DNA of 64,000 nucleotides from an uncultured Bacillota bacterium (GCA_963823655.1 CAWGMK010000006.1:64001-128000); one strand, 5' to 3'. Numbered from the stretch's first letter, positions 30,971 to 41,446 are shown. Notes: generated by a model not told the origin, from the sequence alone. Numbers and translations are program-made.

Positions 30971-31030
30971 CGGCAAAGTCCTGGGTGCGCCGTTTCCCGG
31001 CGCACCCAAATCACCCTTGGAGGCGATAAG

Positions 31031-31597
31031 ATGTCGATATCCTACTTCGCAGAGGGCACCGGCTTTGCTGTGATGCTTGCAGCCTTCTTCATTGCACTCG
31101 TCATCATAACTATAATAGTCTCCAGATCCAAACATGGCATACAGACGGGAAATATCGCCATATCAAGCTTCTTCATTTTGCTTGGTTTGGTCGTCTTGGT
31201 CCTTAGCACAGGGCTTCAGCAGTCTGCATTCATGGGAAATGAAGCCGCGATGATACCCAGGCTGTGGGCCTTTATCCTGATACCTTCGTCCATTTTCCTG
31301 ATATACCGCTCTTTTACTGGCTTTGAGGATGAGCCGGAGAAGGCAGGGCGGCTGGACAAAGTGGCAATAGTGGCAGTTACGCTGATGATTAGCGTCTTCC
31401 TTATGAAGTACCTGGGATACTTCCTGTGTTCCGGTGTATTCGTCTTCATCTGTATGTATGTGCTCGGCTATAAAAGGATCCTTCCGATGGTAGTCATCTC
31501 ATCGGCATGGGTCGCATTCGCCTATTTCATCTTCTACAGGCTGCTCTTCGTCGGACTTCCCATCGGAAGCCTTATGAAGGCTATTTTCAACATCTGA
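31031..31597 (+). CDS. tctB: TTT small membrane subunit
   Basis: Multi-TM protein between tctC and tctA; LGYF and F..LLFVGLP.G motifs. Confidence 0.8.
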   Translation: MSISYFAEGTGFAVMLAAFFIALVIITIIVSRSKHGIQTGNIAISSFFILLGLVVLVLSTGLQQSAFMGNEAAMIPRLWAFILIPSSIFLIYRSFTGFEDEPEKAGRLDKVAIVAVTLMISVFLMKYLGYFLCSGVFVFICMYVLGYKRILPMVVISSAWVAFAYFIFYRLLFVGLPIGSLMKAIFNI

Positions 31598-31624
31598 TTC
31601 GATGGCAGCAAAGGAGTCTTAGAT

Positions 31625-33118
31625 ATGGTGCTCGTGAATTTGTACGAAGGGCTTCTGAGGATAATGAACCTGCAATCGATAGCGGCGATGACTGCAGGAG
31701 TTGTAGTGGGCATACTTGCCGGTGCCATGCCGGGCATCTCCCCATCCATGGGAGTTGCTCTGATGGTACCCTTCACTTTCAAAATGGATTCATCAACAGC
31801 CCTGATTTTCCTAGTGTCCATATATATCGCTGCAAACTACGGAGGGTCAATTACAGCAGTTACCATTAATACGCCGGGTACTCCGTCGGCCGTTGTTACG
31901 TCCTTCGACGGTTATCCGTTGGCACAGCAGGGCAAGGCAGGATAGGGCTTGGCGTTTCCCTGATCGCCTCAACTGTTGGAGGCCTTATAGGGGCAGTCAT
32001 CCTAATCGCTTTTGCGGCGCCTCTTGCAAATGTTGCCTTAAAGTTCTGGGCGGCCGAGTATTTCTCGCTTGCCGTGCTGGGATTATCAGCCACAGCAAGC
32101 CTTGGGGGGAGCAATTGGCTTAAGGTCCTGGTATCTACAGTGCTTGGGCTGATTATATGTACGGTCGGAATGGACCCAATACTAGGCGTCAAACGCTTCA
32201 ACTTCGGCTATGTGCCACTTTATGACGGATTCACTTTCATCCCAGCACTTATCGGCCTTTTAGCCATAAGTGAGGTTTTCAGCGAAATCGAGAAGTTCGA
32301 GTTCGTTACCTTGAACGTACAGGCGGCCCTTAAGACCAAATGGCCCTCTGTAAGGGATTATTGGAAATTGAAGTGGGCAATACTCCGTGCTTCAATAATT
32401 GGCACAATAGTCGGAATCTTCCCCGGAGCCGGAGCTACCATAGCCACTTTCATCGCATATGACGTAGAGAAGCGCTTCAGCAAGACGCCAGAGAAATTCG
32501 GAACCGGTATGCCCGAGGGCGTCTGCGCTGCCGAGGCATCTAACAGCGCATCCGTCGGAGGCGCACTAGTCCCGCTGCTTACCCTTGGCATTCCAGGCAG
32601 CGCAACTGCAGCTGTGCTCATAGGGGCGCTTATGATACACGACCTGCAACCCGGGCCAGAGCTTTTCACTAAGCATCCCGACATTGTATATAATCTTTTC
32701 AGCTCAATGTTTGTCGCAAATTTCATAATGCTGATCATCGGCCTTGTTGGAAGCAGGCTCTGGGTTAATGTAACTAGGGTTAGGAAAGAGGTCCTCTTCC
32801 CGTTCATCTTCAGTTTCGCCCTAATTGGCAGCTATGCGGTAAGATCATCCATGGTAGATGTAGGTATATGCATCGGTTTTGGCACATTGGGTTGGATACT
32901 TGAGGAAATTCAAGTTCCCTCTTCCGCCTATGGTATTGGGCATGGTGCTCGGCACGATGGCCGAAGTGAATCTGCGAAGGGCGATAATGATAGGCGGCAC
33001 TTGGGCCGTTTTCCAGCGCCCTATTAGCCTGACTCTTCTTATACTCTCCGGGCTTTCATTCGGTGTGCCGATATACAATGAAATGAAGAAAAGAAGGAAG
33101 GCAAAGTCGCAGGTTTAA
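31625..33118 (+). CDS. tctA: TTT large permease; frameshifts near 31940 and 32900
   Basis: GAMPGIS, NTPGTPS, FDGYPLAQQG, PGAGATIA, VPLLTLGIPGS across three ORFs. Confidence 0.88.
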
Positions 33119-33151
33119 GGCCTGTTTTTACAAGGTTTGCCTAAAATTTGC

Positions 33152-33191
33152 GGCAGGAAGGGTGGTAAAAGCCCCTTCCTGCCTGTTTTTT
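33152..33191 (+). terminator. Intrinsic terminator
   Basis: GGCAGGAAGGG...CCCTTCCTGCC-TGTTTTTT. Confidence 0.75.
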
Positions 33192-33210
33192 CCCGGTTTA
33201 GTATCTTCAA

Positions 33211-33235
33211 AGGAAATCGGAGGCCAACGGCGAAA
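33211..33235 (+). promoter_or_regulatory. sigmaH-like promoter of ytxH/DUF948
   Basis: AAAGGA-N17-GAAA; B. subtilis ytxGHJ is a known sigmaH/sigmaB operon. Confidence 0.6.
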
Positions 33236-33278
33236 ACTAGTAATAGACCAATGACCGATTTTTAAGGAGGTCCTGTAA

Positions 33279-33569
33279 ATGGCGGATAAGGAGACTTCGA
33301 ACGCTGATGCCGGCGTTAAATATTTGGTACTGGGTATTGGCATAGGTGCGCTAGTAGGATTGGCGGCAGGTTTGCTTCTTGCACCCAAACCCGGCGAGGA
33401 GACCAGAGCTGAACTGGCTGAGGCTGTTAAGAAAGCATCAGAAAAGGCCAAGGCGAAGCTTGCGGAAGTAAAACTTAAAGTCGAAGAAACCGTTGAGAAA
33501 CACTGCAATGACACGAAGGGCGAAAATGAAGAGGGCCAGGCTGGGGCCGCCACGCCTGCAAAGGAGTAG
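33279..33569 (+). CDS. ytxH: YtxH domain protein
   Basis: GALVGLAAGLLLAPKPGEETR signature. Confidence 0.88.
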   Translation: MADKETSNADAGVKYLVLGIGIGALVGLAAGLLLAPKPGEETRAELAEAVKKASEKAKAKLAEVKLKVEETVEKHCNDTKGENEEGQAGAATPAKE

Positions 33570-33572
33570 GGA

Positions 33573-33977
33573 ATGTATATAACGGCTGAAAACATAAAAG
33601 ACTTCCTTATCACAGGATCGGTTGTAGTTGTCGCAGCTTTCCTGGCAGTTGCCCTCTACCACTTGATTATGCTCCTGAAGAGGCTAAACGGCGTAATCGT
33701 TGCAAATGAGAAGAACATCGAAGAGTCTTTGTCGAAGCTGCCTGATGCGATTGGCAATGTCAGTAGCGCTGTCGCCGACGTCAAGGTTATAACCCAGAAG
33801 GCCGGTGTCGTCGTAGGAATGGTAGAAAACGGCGTGAGCGGTGTTGTGGCAAGCGCGAAAGGTACAACCAGCAGCGTACTCGAGATTGCCAGGACTTTGG
33901 GAGATGTCGTAGGCGGCATTTCCGGCTTCTTCAACCGCAGGAAGAAGGAGCCCGGCAAAGATGAATCCGAGGGCTGA
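33573..33977 (+). CDS. DUF948/YtxG-like membrane-anchored coiled-coil protein
   Basis: N-terminal TM helix plus coiled coil; adjacent to ytxH. Confidence 0.65.
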   Translation: MYITAENIKDFLITGSVVVVAAFLAVALYHLIMLLKRLNGVIVANEKNIEESLSKLPDAIGNVSSAVADVKVITQKAGVVVGMVENGVSGVVASAKGTTSSVLEIARTLGDVVGGISGFFNRRKKEPGKDESEG

Positions 33978-34053
33978 GTGAAGGTTAGCAGGGTTGTTTA
34001 GAGTTGATAACCTGTAAATACCCTGTTATATTGATTTTACCTTTGAAGGATTT

Positions 34054-34148
34054 GGGGGTGGATGGGTCCCGGTGGGTCCCACGGTCTTCAAAACCGATGG
34101 CGGGCACCTGGTGTCCGCGGTGGGTTCGATTCCCACACATCCCCGCCA
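34054..34148 (+). tRNA. selC: tRNA-Sec (anticodon UCA)
   Basis: 95 nt; GGGGGTG acceptor pairs with CATCCCC; anticodon TCA at 34088-34090; long variable arm; GGTTCGATTCC T-arm; G discriminator and encoded CCA. Confidence 0.95.
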
Positions 34149-34153
34149 AATAA

Positions 34154-34190
34154 AAGACCGGAGCATTTCAATTTGCTCCGGTCTCTTTTC
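34154..34190. terminator. Terminator after selC and the convergent gene
   Basis: AGACCGGAGCA-N-TGCTCCGGTCT-CTTTT. Confidence 0.7.
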
Positions 34191-34909
34191 TATGCGATCA
34201 TCATTCCCAGGGCGCTGATCTTTTTCGGCGTGAAGTAGCCGCATATAGCCTCTTTCATGATGGCATGACCCTCAGAATTGGGATGGATGCCGTCCTTGCA
34301 GATGAGATCCTGGTAATCCTTCCTATCCAGGAACCCCTCCCTGAGCCTGATCAGGCCTAAACCCTTCTCAGACGATATCCTTGCCAGCTCGAGATTATAT
34401 AGCTCCTGCCAGCGATATATCCGTCCGACATCTCCCAGGTAGCGGAGCACGTTCATCTTCGAAGCCGCGTCCTTGGCCACCCAGTCCAGGAACTTAAAAG
34501 GGTCAAGGGGAGGAAGGGAGGCAAGTATAGGCTTGATACCCTTCTGCAAGGCAAGGCTAATAATAGATTCCACGGCGGCCCTGAATGCCGGTATGGAAAC
34601 CTTGGGGAAGTGTTTGCCTTCAGGATCTTCGGCAACTTCGGCCCAATCCATGTCACAGTCATTGCCGCCTAGCTCTATCAAAACGGCTGAAGCTTGGAGC
34701 CCGCCGTCTAAGGCACTACGAAAGCGCTCCTCGGCCTGGACAGAGGTCTGTCCCATTTTGGCGAGGTTTGACACGCGCATCCCAAGACCCCTGGTAAATG
34801 CTGTGAGTGCGCCATCTCTAAGTATCGAATACTTGTCCTTCTGCTCGTCGAAGACGACGCCAAGCAATACTGAATCGCCCAGTATGCAGATATCGTTTGC
34901 AGCTGCCAT
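34190..34909 (-). CDS. SGNH/GDSL hydrolase
   Basis: ILGDSV, ELGGNDC, DGIHPNSEGH. Confidence 0.9.
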   Translation of the reverse strand: MAAANDICILGDSVLLGVVFDEQKDKYSILRDGALTAFTRGLGMRVSNLAKMGQTSVQAEERFRSALDGGLQASAVLIELGGNDCDMDWAEVAEDPEGKHFPKVSIPAFRAAVESIISLALQKGIKPILASLPPLDPFKFLDWVAKDAASKMNVLRYLGDVGRIYRWQELYNLELARISSEKGLGLIRLREGFLDRKDYQDLICKDGIHPNSEGHAIMKEAICGYFTPKKISALGMMIA

Positions 34910-35050
34910 TCCTGACACCTCGAATTTCTGGTACAACACATAGTTATTGATACTAGATTAAACGATAATTGATAATGCGTCAAGTGCTGCAGGCCCGTAT
35001 GGCGGTCTTGGCGAACTAATGTTACATTGTTCATATAGACTGCATTAGGA

Positions 35051-35638
35051 GTGATGGGCATGCAGGAGATCTGTAAGAAGGTCAAGGCCTGGACGGAGAA
35101 TATGGCATCCTCAAGGCTTACAGAATGGGACCAGCTACCGGACATTGAGCTTTACATGGACCAGGTGCTTACAATATTGGAAAGACAGGCCGCTTCCTAC
35201 TGGCAGGCGGACGACATAAAAGCCATCACGCCCTCAATGATCAACAATTACGTCAAGGACGGGACTATAAAAAGGCCCGCAAATAAAAGGTACAACAAAG
35301 AGCACATAGCTAATCTAATCATGCTCAACTCGGCAAAGCAGGTCCTGCCCATCTCCGACATATCGTTGCTGCTTAACAAGGCGGATTCGGAAATTTCCAC
35401 TGCCGAGAAGTATGAGTTCTTCACGGTTCTTCAAAGGCAGGCATGTGAATCCCTTTCAGCCAAGATGCAGGAGGCGCTCGACAATGTGGGCGATCAGTGC
35501 GACAGGAAGCAGCTCTTCATCCTTGCGACAAGGATGGTGCTTGAGGCCAATGTCATGGTCTCCGCATCGAAGATGCTAATAAGGGAAGTTCTTGGGGACT
35601 TAGACAAAAAGCCGGATGGAAAGAGGAAAAAAGATTAG
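35051..35638 (+). CDS. DUF1836 family HTH regulator
   Basis: WDQLPDIELYMDQV, ITPSMINNYVK, KRYNKEHIA; AGGC-N18-GAAC promoter-like element at 34991-35016. Confidence 0.85.
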   Translation: MMGMQEICKKVKAWTENMASSRLTEWDQLPDIELYMDQVLTILERQAASYWQADDIKAITPSMINNYVKDGTIKRPANKRYNKEHIANLIMLNSAKQVLPISDISLLLNKADSEISTAEKYEFFTVLQRQACESLSAKMQEALDNVGDQCDRKQLFILATRMVLEANVMVSASKMLIREVLGDLDKKPDGKRKKD

Positions 35639-35682
35639 GCTCCGGTGTTCAAAACGGCTAGCAGCGGAATGGAGGTGCGCCA

Positions 35683-36744
35683 ATGGACAAAAAGGGCGGC
35701 ATAAGGCTTACTGCGATATCATCTAAGGCTGGTTGAGCTGCCAAGATGGGTCCGGCGGACCTTCGAGCGATAATGAGCAAAATACCTCCTCAGCGCTCTG
35801 AAAATCTACTTGTGGGCACCGAGGATTACGATGATGCCGCAGTGTATGCCCTTGAGGGCGACAAGGCACTGGTCCAGACCGTGGACTTCTTCACCCCTAT
35901 AGTCGACGACCCATACGATTTCGGCGCAATAGCCGCTGCAAACGCGCTGTCCGACATATACGCCATGGGAGCAAAACCGATAATCGCCCTTAACATTGCA
36001 TGTTTCCCCAGGTCACTAGGCGCGGACCTGCTGGGTGAGGTAGTAAGGGGAGGGGCAGCCAAAGTCAATGAAGCAGGCGCCGTAGTGGCGGGCGGACATA
36101 CCGTAGAGGATGACGATCTGAAATTCGGCCTTTCGGTTACAGGCATAGTTGATAAGGACAAGATAGCCAAGAACACAAACGGCATTGCGGGAGATATGCT
36201 CTACTTGACGAAGGCCATCGGCACAGGCGTCATTTCGACTGCTGTAAAGAACGGTGAGTGCCCCGAAGAATCAAGGGAGGCTGCCAGGCTCTCCATGCTG
36301 GCGCTGAACGATAAGGCATCCGAAGCCATGCTGGCCGCGGGATCAAACGCCTGCACCGACGTAACCGGATTCGGCCTCCTGGGCCACCTGTTCGAGCTGG
36401 CATCGGGCTCAGGAGTGACTGCCCAACTTTGGGCAGATTCAATACCCCTTCTGCCAGGTGCCCTAAAGCTGTCGGAAGAGGGCTTCCTGCCGGGAGGGGC
36501 CGCCAGGAACAGGTCGTTCCTGCAAAACAACATTATCTCGGAGCCGGGTATCCCCACAAGCCTTTTAGACCTGTTCTTCGATCCTCAGACTTCAGGCGGC
36601 CTTCTAATAGCAATAGCTGCCGAGAAGTCCGTGCGGCTTGAAGAGGAGCTCAAAAAGCTGGGATGCATGTGCAAAGCCGTAGGAAGGCTGCTGCCGTTTG
36701 ATGGAACCGCCATTAGGATAATAAGGTCGCGGCCTGATCGTTGA
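35683..36744 (+). CDS. selD: Selenide, water dikinase; selenoprotein with Sec18 encoded by TGA 35734-35736
   Basis: GGAGGTG RBS and ATG at 35683 give MDKKGGIRLTAISSKAG-U-AAKMGP, in frame with ORF 35746-36744 (QTVDFFTP, TDVTGFGLLGH, DPQTSGGLL). Confidence 0.93.
35737..35763 (+). promoter_or_regulatory. Bacterial SECIS candidate
   Basis: GGGTCC-GGC-GGACCT hairpin starting 12 nt after the in-frame TGA. Confidence 0.7.
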
Positions 36745-36794
36745 GGCGGATGTCCTCTCGCGATAACCTGCAAGGCCGCACCGCAGGAGGAAGC

Positions 36795-38222
36795 ATGTCC
36801 CAGGACACAGACCAAAAGAATGATTTTCGGGCCTTGCCTTCGGTAGGCTCGATTTTAGAATCTGATGAAGGCGCTTTGCTCTCGTCAGAATATGGGGGAA
36901 AGTCTGCAGCTGGCGCCATCAAAAGCGCCATCGCTTCCATCCGCGATTCCGGAAAACTCAGCGGGGATAAAGCCGCCAATATGGAAGCTGCCCTCAAAAT
37001 TGCGGCAGACAGGCTCGCCGATAGGAAAGAGGGCCTAGTAAGCCTGATAAACGCGACCGGCATAGTGCTTCACACCAACTTGGGCCGCGCACCCCTTTCA
37101 AAAAGGGCAATTACAGCCGCGGTCCATGCCGCCACCGGCTATACGAATCTGGAATACGACCTTAAGAAGGGCGAAAGAGGCTCAAGGCAAGCTCATGTCG
37201 AAGGGCTGATTTCGAAGCTGGTAGGCTCCGAGGCTGCGATAGCTGTGAACAACAACGCCGCCGCCGTCTTGCTTTGCCTTGATGCCCTGGCAAAAGGCGG
37301 AAAAGTGGCGGTATCTAGAGGCGAGCTTGTGGAAATCGGGGGCTCGTTCAGGGTGCCCGAGATAATGGCATCGACAGGCGCTGTGTTGATGGAAGTGGGG
37401 ACTACCAACAGGACAAGGGCGTCCGACTTCGAAAGGGCCGCAGCGGAAGGGGCGGTTGCCATCCTCAAAGTACACCCTTCGAACTTCAAGATCACCGGCT
37501 TTGTATCGGAAGTTGGCGTCGCCGAGCTATCGGCAATCGCGAAAAAGCATTCGATACCGCTTATATACGATATCGGATCCGGCAGCGTGGTAGGCCTTGA
37601 GGCTTTAGGCGTGCCGCATGAGCCCATGCCTCAGGAGGCGATAAGAGACGGCGCGGACCTTGTTAGCTTCTCCGCCGATAAGCTTCTGGGCGGGCCACAA
37701 TGTGGGATAATCGCAGGCAGGGCTGACTTGGTGGCGAAAGTATCGAAATCGCCTCTTGCGAGAGCCTTCAGGGTGGACAAGATGCGCCTGGCCGCGCTGG
37801 CCGCGACGCTCAACCAATACCTTTCCCCGCAGGACTGGCGCGATGTGCCCGTCATGGCCATGCTGCATGAGACATATGAGCACCTGCTCGAGAGGGCTGC
37901 AGTGCTCGCCTCAACGATGAAAAGGGCATGCGAGGGGCATTCTTGCCTTGACGGCATCAATACTGAAATCGTCGATACCGAGGATGAGGTGGGCGGTGGC
38001 TCCATACCGGGGGCAAGCCTCAAAGGCGCCGGCGTGAATGTAAGCATGGAGGGTATAAAACCTGCCGACATTTCGGCCAGGCTTCGTGAAGGCTCCATGC
38101 CGGTCGTGGCCCTGGAAAGAGGCTCAGGGGTGCTTTTCGCCGTCCGCACAGTGGCCGATGAGCAGATAGGCGCCCTGGTTTCTGCAATAGTCGAATCCTT
38201 CCTTGCAGCTGTAAAGCGATGA
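36795..38222 (+). CDS. selA: L-seryl-tRNA(Sec) selenium transferase
   Basis: INATGIVLHTNLGRAPL, NNNAAAV, SRGELVEIGGSFR, FSADKLLGGPQ. Confidence 0.95.
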   Translation: MSQDTDQKNDFRALPSVGSILESDEGALLSSEYGGKSAAGAIKSAIASIRDSGKLSGDKAANMEAALKIAADRLADRKEGLVSLINATGIVLHTNLGRAPLSKRAITAAVHAATGYTNLEYDLKKGERGSRQAHVEGLISKLVGSEAAIAVNNNAAAVLLCLDALAKGGKVAVSRGELVEIGGSFRVPEIMASTGAVLMEVGTTNRTRASDFERAAAEGAVAILKVHPSNFKITGFVSEVGVAELSAIAKKHSIPLIYDIGSGSVVGLEALGVPHEPMPQEAIRDGADLVSFSADKLLGGPQCGIIAGRADLVAKVSKSPLARAFRVDKMRLAALAATLNQYLSPQDWRDVPVMAMLHETYEHLLERAAVLASTMKRACEGHSCLDGINTEIVDTEDEVGGGSIPGASLKGAGVNVSMEGIKPADISARLREGSMPVVALERGSGVLFAVRTVADEQIGALVSAIVESFLAAVKR

Positions 38223-40140
38223 AGCATCTGATTCTAGGCACAGCCGGCCACGTGGACCACGGCAAGACGACGCTGGTCAAAGCGCTCACAGGCGTGGACA
38301 CCGACCGGCTTCCCGAAGAGAAGGCCAGGGGGATGACCATAGAGCTGGGCTTCACCCACCTTGAGCTGCCTTCGGGCATCACGCTGGGCCTTGTGGACAT
38401 GCCAGGGCACGAGAAGTTCATAAAGCATATGGCGGCGGGCGCCGGCGGCGTTGACATTGCTCTGCTCGTGGTTGCCGCCGATGAGGGAATAATGCGGCAG
38501 ACCCAGGAGCATCTGGAGATATTGGAGCTGCTGGGCATAGACAAGGCAGTAGTGGCTATAACCAAATCGGACCTCGCAGACGCCGAATGGCTTGACATGG
38601 TGCAAGAGGAGATCGCCTCAAGGCTTGCCGGCACACGGCTTGCGGGCTCTTCAATAGTCTCGGTCTCCGCGATTACGGGCTCTGGCATCGACGAGCTTGT
38701 TACAGAGCTCGACAAGGCCGCCGCCAACGCAGCCGAAAGGGACAAAGAACCTGCATCCAGGATTTATATAGACAGGGTGTTTACTATGACGGGGCACGGT
38801 ACGGTCATCACCGGCACCCTGCTTGGAGGAGCCATCGAGCAGGAGGACAAGCTCCAGCTTCTGCCATCCGGCTCCATCGTCAGGGTGAAGCATATAGAAG
38901 TGCACGATAAGCCCGCGCTGAAGGCGGAAAGGGGCCAGAGGGCGGCTCTAACGTCTCAGGGGCCAACAAGGATGAGATCGAAAGGGGCATGGCGCTGGCA
39001 AGCCCCGGCTGGCTTGAGTCGACCGGGCTGATAGATGTAGAAGCAGTGCTGGCAGAAGGCGCTGAGCCGGTCCTGCACAACGAAAGGCTTCGCCTGCATA
39101 TAGGCACATCCGAGGTAATATGCAGGGCAAGGGTCCCCAAGGACCAGCCTGAGGGCCGGATGTTCATGCAGCTTGAAACCGAGGAGCCCGTATTCCCTGC
39201 AAGAGGAGACAGATTCATACTTAGGACCTACTCCCCTTCCGTTACCGTCGCCGGAGGCAGGGTGCTTTGCGCCAAGCCCCCAAGGCGGAAAGTGGGCTCC
39301 GAAAAGGAAACGGCATCGCTTGTCAGGCTCGCCTCGAAAGATCGAGATGAGTCCCTCAATGAGCTGATCAGGACGGTTTCGCGGGCCGAATGCGGCTCCG
39401 ATTGCATATGGCCTGTGGAAGAAACGCTGCTAAAAAGAAGCGCCTATATGCTCCCTGAGGATTTCGATGCCGCATTTAAGGCAGGCGGCAATGATGGCGC
39501 GGCAGTAATGCTTGAGCTAGAGGGAAGCACGTACTTCTTGGATCGAGGGTCTTACATCGACGCCCTTTCTGGCTTAAAAAAGATGCTCTCTGATTTCCAC
39601 GCGCAATTTCCTCTGAGAAAGGGCATGCCAAAGGAGGAGATCAGGCAGAAACTGATGCCCAAAGCGGACAAAAAGCAGGCAATGGCCCTATTCGCCAGGA
39701 TATCATCGGCCGGGGAAGTTAGATCGTCCGTCGATCTTCTATGGCTGCCAGGCCACAGCGCAGTACTGACCGAAGAGCAGAGGAAAACGGCGGATGCGAT
39801 GGAGGCTGCCTTCAGAAAGGATCTCTTCACGCCGCCGGATCTTGTGGGTGCGATCTCCGTTGCCGGCAAAGGCGCATCCCAGATAGCGGATTACCTGGTG
39901 GGGGAGGGCGTACTTGTAAAGGTCTCATCGGAGGTGGCATTCCATAAGGACGCGGTGGCCGCGGCCCTAAAAGAGGCTTCGAAATTCGAGGGCCAGTTTA
40001 CGGCAGCGATGTTGAGGGATGCTCTTGGCACCTCGAGGAAATATGCGATTGCGATGCTGGAATGGATGGACTCTCAGGAATATACCCAAAGAAGCGGCGA
40101 CAACAGGACGCTAAGGCCTCAGTACAAGAGCGGAAAATAG
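38219..40140 (+). CDS. selB: Sec-specific elongation factor; frameshift near 38948
   Basis: GTAGHVDHGKT, DMPGHEKF, TKSD; C-terminal winged helix LRDALGTSRKYAIAMLEWMD in ORF 38989-40140. Confidence 0.92.
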
Positions 40141-40227
40141 GGCGAGAAAACCGCATCATGAAGAGGCTTCGTCCTTTACAAAGAGGCTTCTTTTGATGCT
40201 ATAATTTACTTAATGACAATAGCATAG

Positions 40228-40407
40228 CCGAATGGGGTGCCCCAAGGCAGGGGATAATAGGGAAGAGGCATCGGATTAGAAAAGAGATTTCCGAAAAGCC
40301 CGCGGTCCCGCCACTGTAAGCGACACGAAATGCCCGAAGCCACTGGTGAAATACCGGGAAGGCGAGGGTGGAAGCAGTCGCAAGCCAGGAGACCTGCCCC
40401 CTTCGGG
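40228..40407 (+). ncRNA. Cobalamin riboswitch
   Basis: GGTGCCC, TAATAGGGAA, CCCGCCACTGT, AGCCACTG..GGGAAGG, B12 box AAGCCAGGAGACCTGCC; upstream of btuFCD. Confidence 0.93.
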
Positions 40408-40461
40408 ATAGCTGTTCCGCCTTCGTGGAAAAAGGGGGATGCAGGCCTAATCGGTCTATAC

Positions 40462-40499
40462 AACCCGCTTACCATTTCAGGTGAGCGGGTTTCTATATT
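40462..40499 (+). terminator. Riboswitch expression-platform terminator
   Basis: AACCCGCTTACC-N6-GGTGAGCGGGTT-TCTATATT between the aptamer and btuF. Confidence 0.7.
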
Positions 40500-40552
40500 C
40501 CAGCGGGCCAGATCATCCGATCCGCCGGTGGGGAAATTGGAGGAATCGGAGC

Positions 40553-41437
40553 ATGAGAAGGAAGATCCTAGTTGCATTGGTCCTGGCAGCAGCACTTGTC
40601 TTGGCAGCAGTTCAGGGAATCGCGGCCTCATCGTATCCTATGGAGATAACGGATGCAACCGGCACGAAAGTGGCCTTGAAGGCCGAGCCCATGAGGATTG
40701 TGAGCATCGTTCCCAGCGTTACCGAGATGCTCTATTCAGTGGGACTTGGACCGAAGATGGTGGGCGTGACCGCATGGTGCACCTACCCGGAGGCTGCAAA
40801 GAGCGTAGCCAAAGTAGGCGACGTTAACATCAATATCGAGGCGGTGCTGTCCAAAAAGCCTGATCTGGTCGTAGCTGATCTGAGCATGAGCGGCACGACC
40901 ATAGATAAGCTAAGGGAGCTGGGCCTTACAGTGCTTGCCATAAACGCGAGGAACATGGAAGAGATGCTGGATGCTCTTGTGGTTCTGGGAAGGGCCGGAG
41001 GCCAGGAGGGCGCAGCCGTGTCGCTGGTGGCTAATCTCAATGCAAGGATAGCCAAGGTCAAAGGGGCGCTTGCAGCAGCCAAGGCCAAGCCTTCGGTGTT
41101 CGTCGAAATATGGAACGAGCCGCTGATGACAGCCGGAAGCGGAACATATGTGAATGAGCTAATAGAGCTTGCCGGCGGCGTAAATATTGCGGGCAAAGTA
41201 TCCGGTTGGCCGGTCTTCAGCCATGAGAGCGTAATTTCCAGCGACCCATTCATAATATTGCTGACGAACTTCAATAGGGGCGAAGTAATGGCAAGAAAGG
41301 CCTGGTCAGGGCTTTCGGCTGTGAAGGCGGGCAGGGTTGTCGAGTCCGATCCGGACCTTCTGGTAAGGTGCGGGCCGCGACTTGTGGACGGGCTTGAGAT
41401 GCTGGCCAGGCTCTTGCATCCTGAACTGTTCAAATAG
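40553..41437 (+). CDS. btuF: Cobalamin ABC binding protein
   Basis: Signal peptide; RIVSIVPSVTEML, IELAGGVNI, GPRLVDG; riboswitch-led. Confidence 0.9.
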   Translation: MRRKILVALVLAAALVLAAVQGIAASSYPMEITDATGTKVALKAEPMRIVSIVPSVTEMLYSVGLGPKMVGVTAWCTYPEAAKSVAKVGDVNINIEAVLSKKPDLVVADLSMSGTTIDKLRELGLTVLAINARNMEEMLDALVVLGRAGGQEGAAVSLVANLNARIAKVKGALAAAKAKPSVFVEIWNEPLMTAGSGTYVNELIELAGGVNIAGKVSGWPVFSHESVISSDPFIILLTNFNRGEVMARKAWSGLSAVKAGRVVESDPDLLVRCGPRLVDGLEMLARLLHPELFK

Positions 41438-41446
41438 GAGGGCGCA

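Noticed and set aside
34054-35638. tRNA-Sec as an integration site for a mobile element
   Set aside because: No integrase, and no duplicated tRNA 3' end seen downstream.
38940-38990. Programmed frameshift in selB
   Set aside because: No slippery heptamer; similar breaks occur in many unrelated genes.
40206-40827. ORFs 40206-40631 and 40330-40827
   Set aside because: They overlap the cobalamin riboswitch and btuF; spurious.
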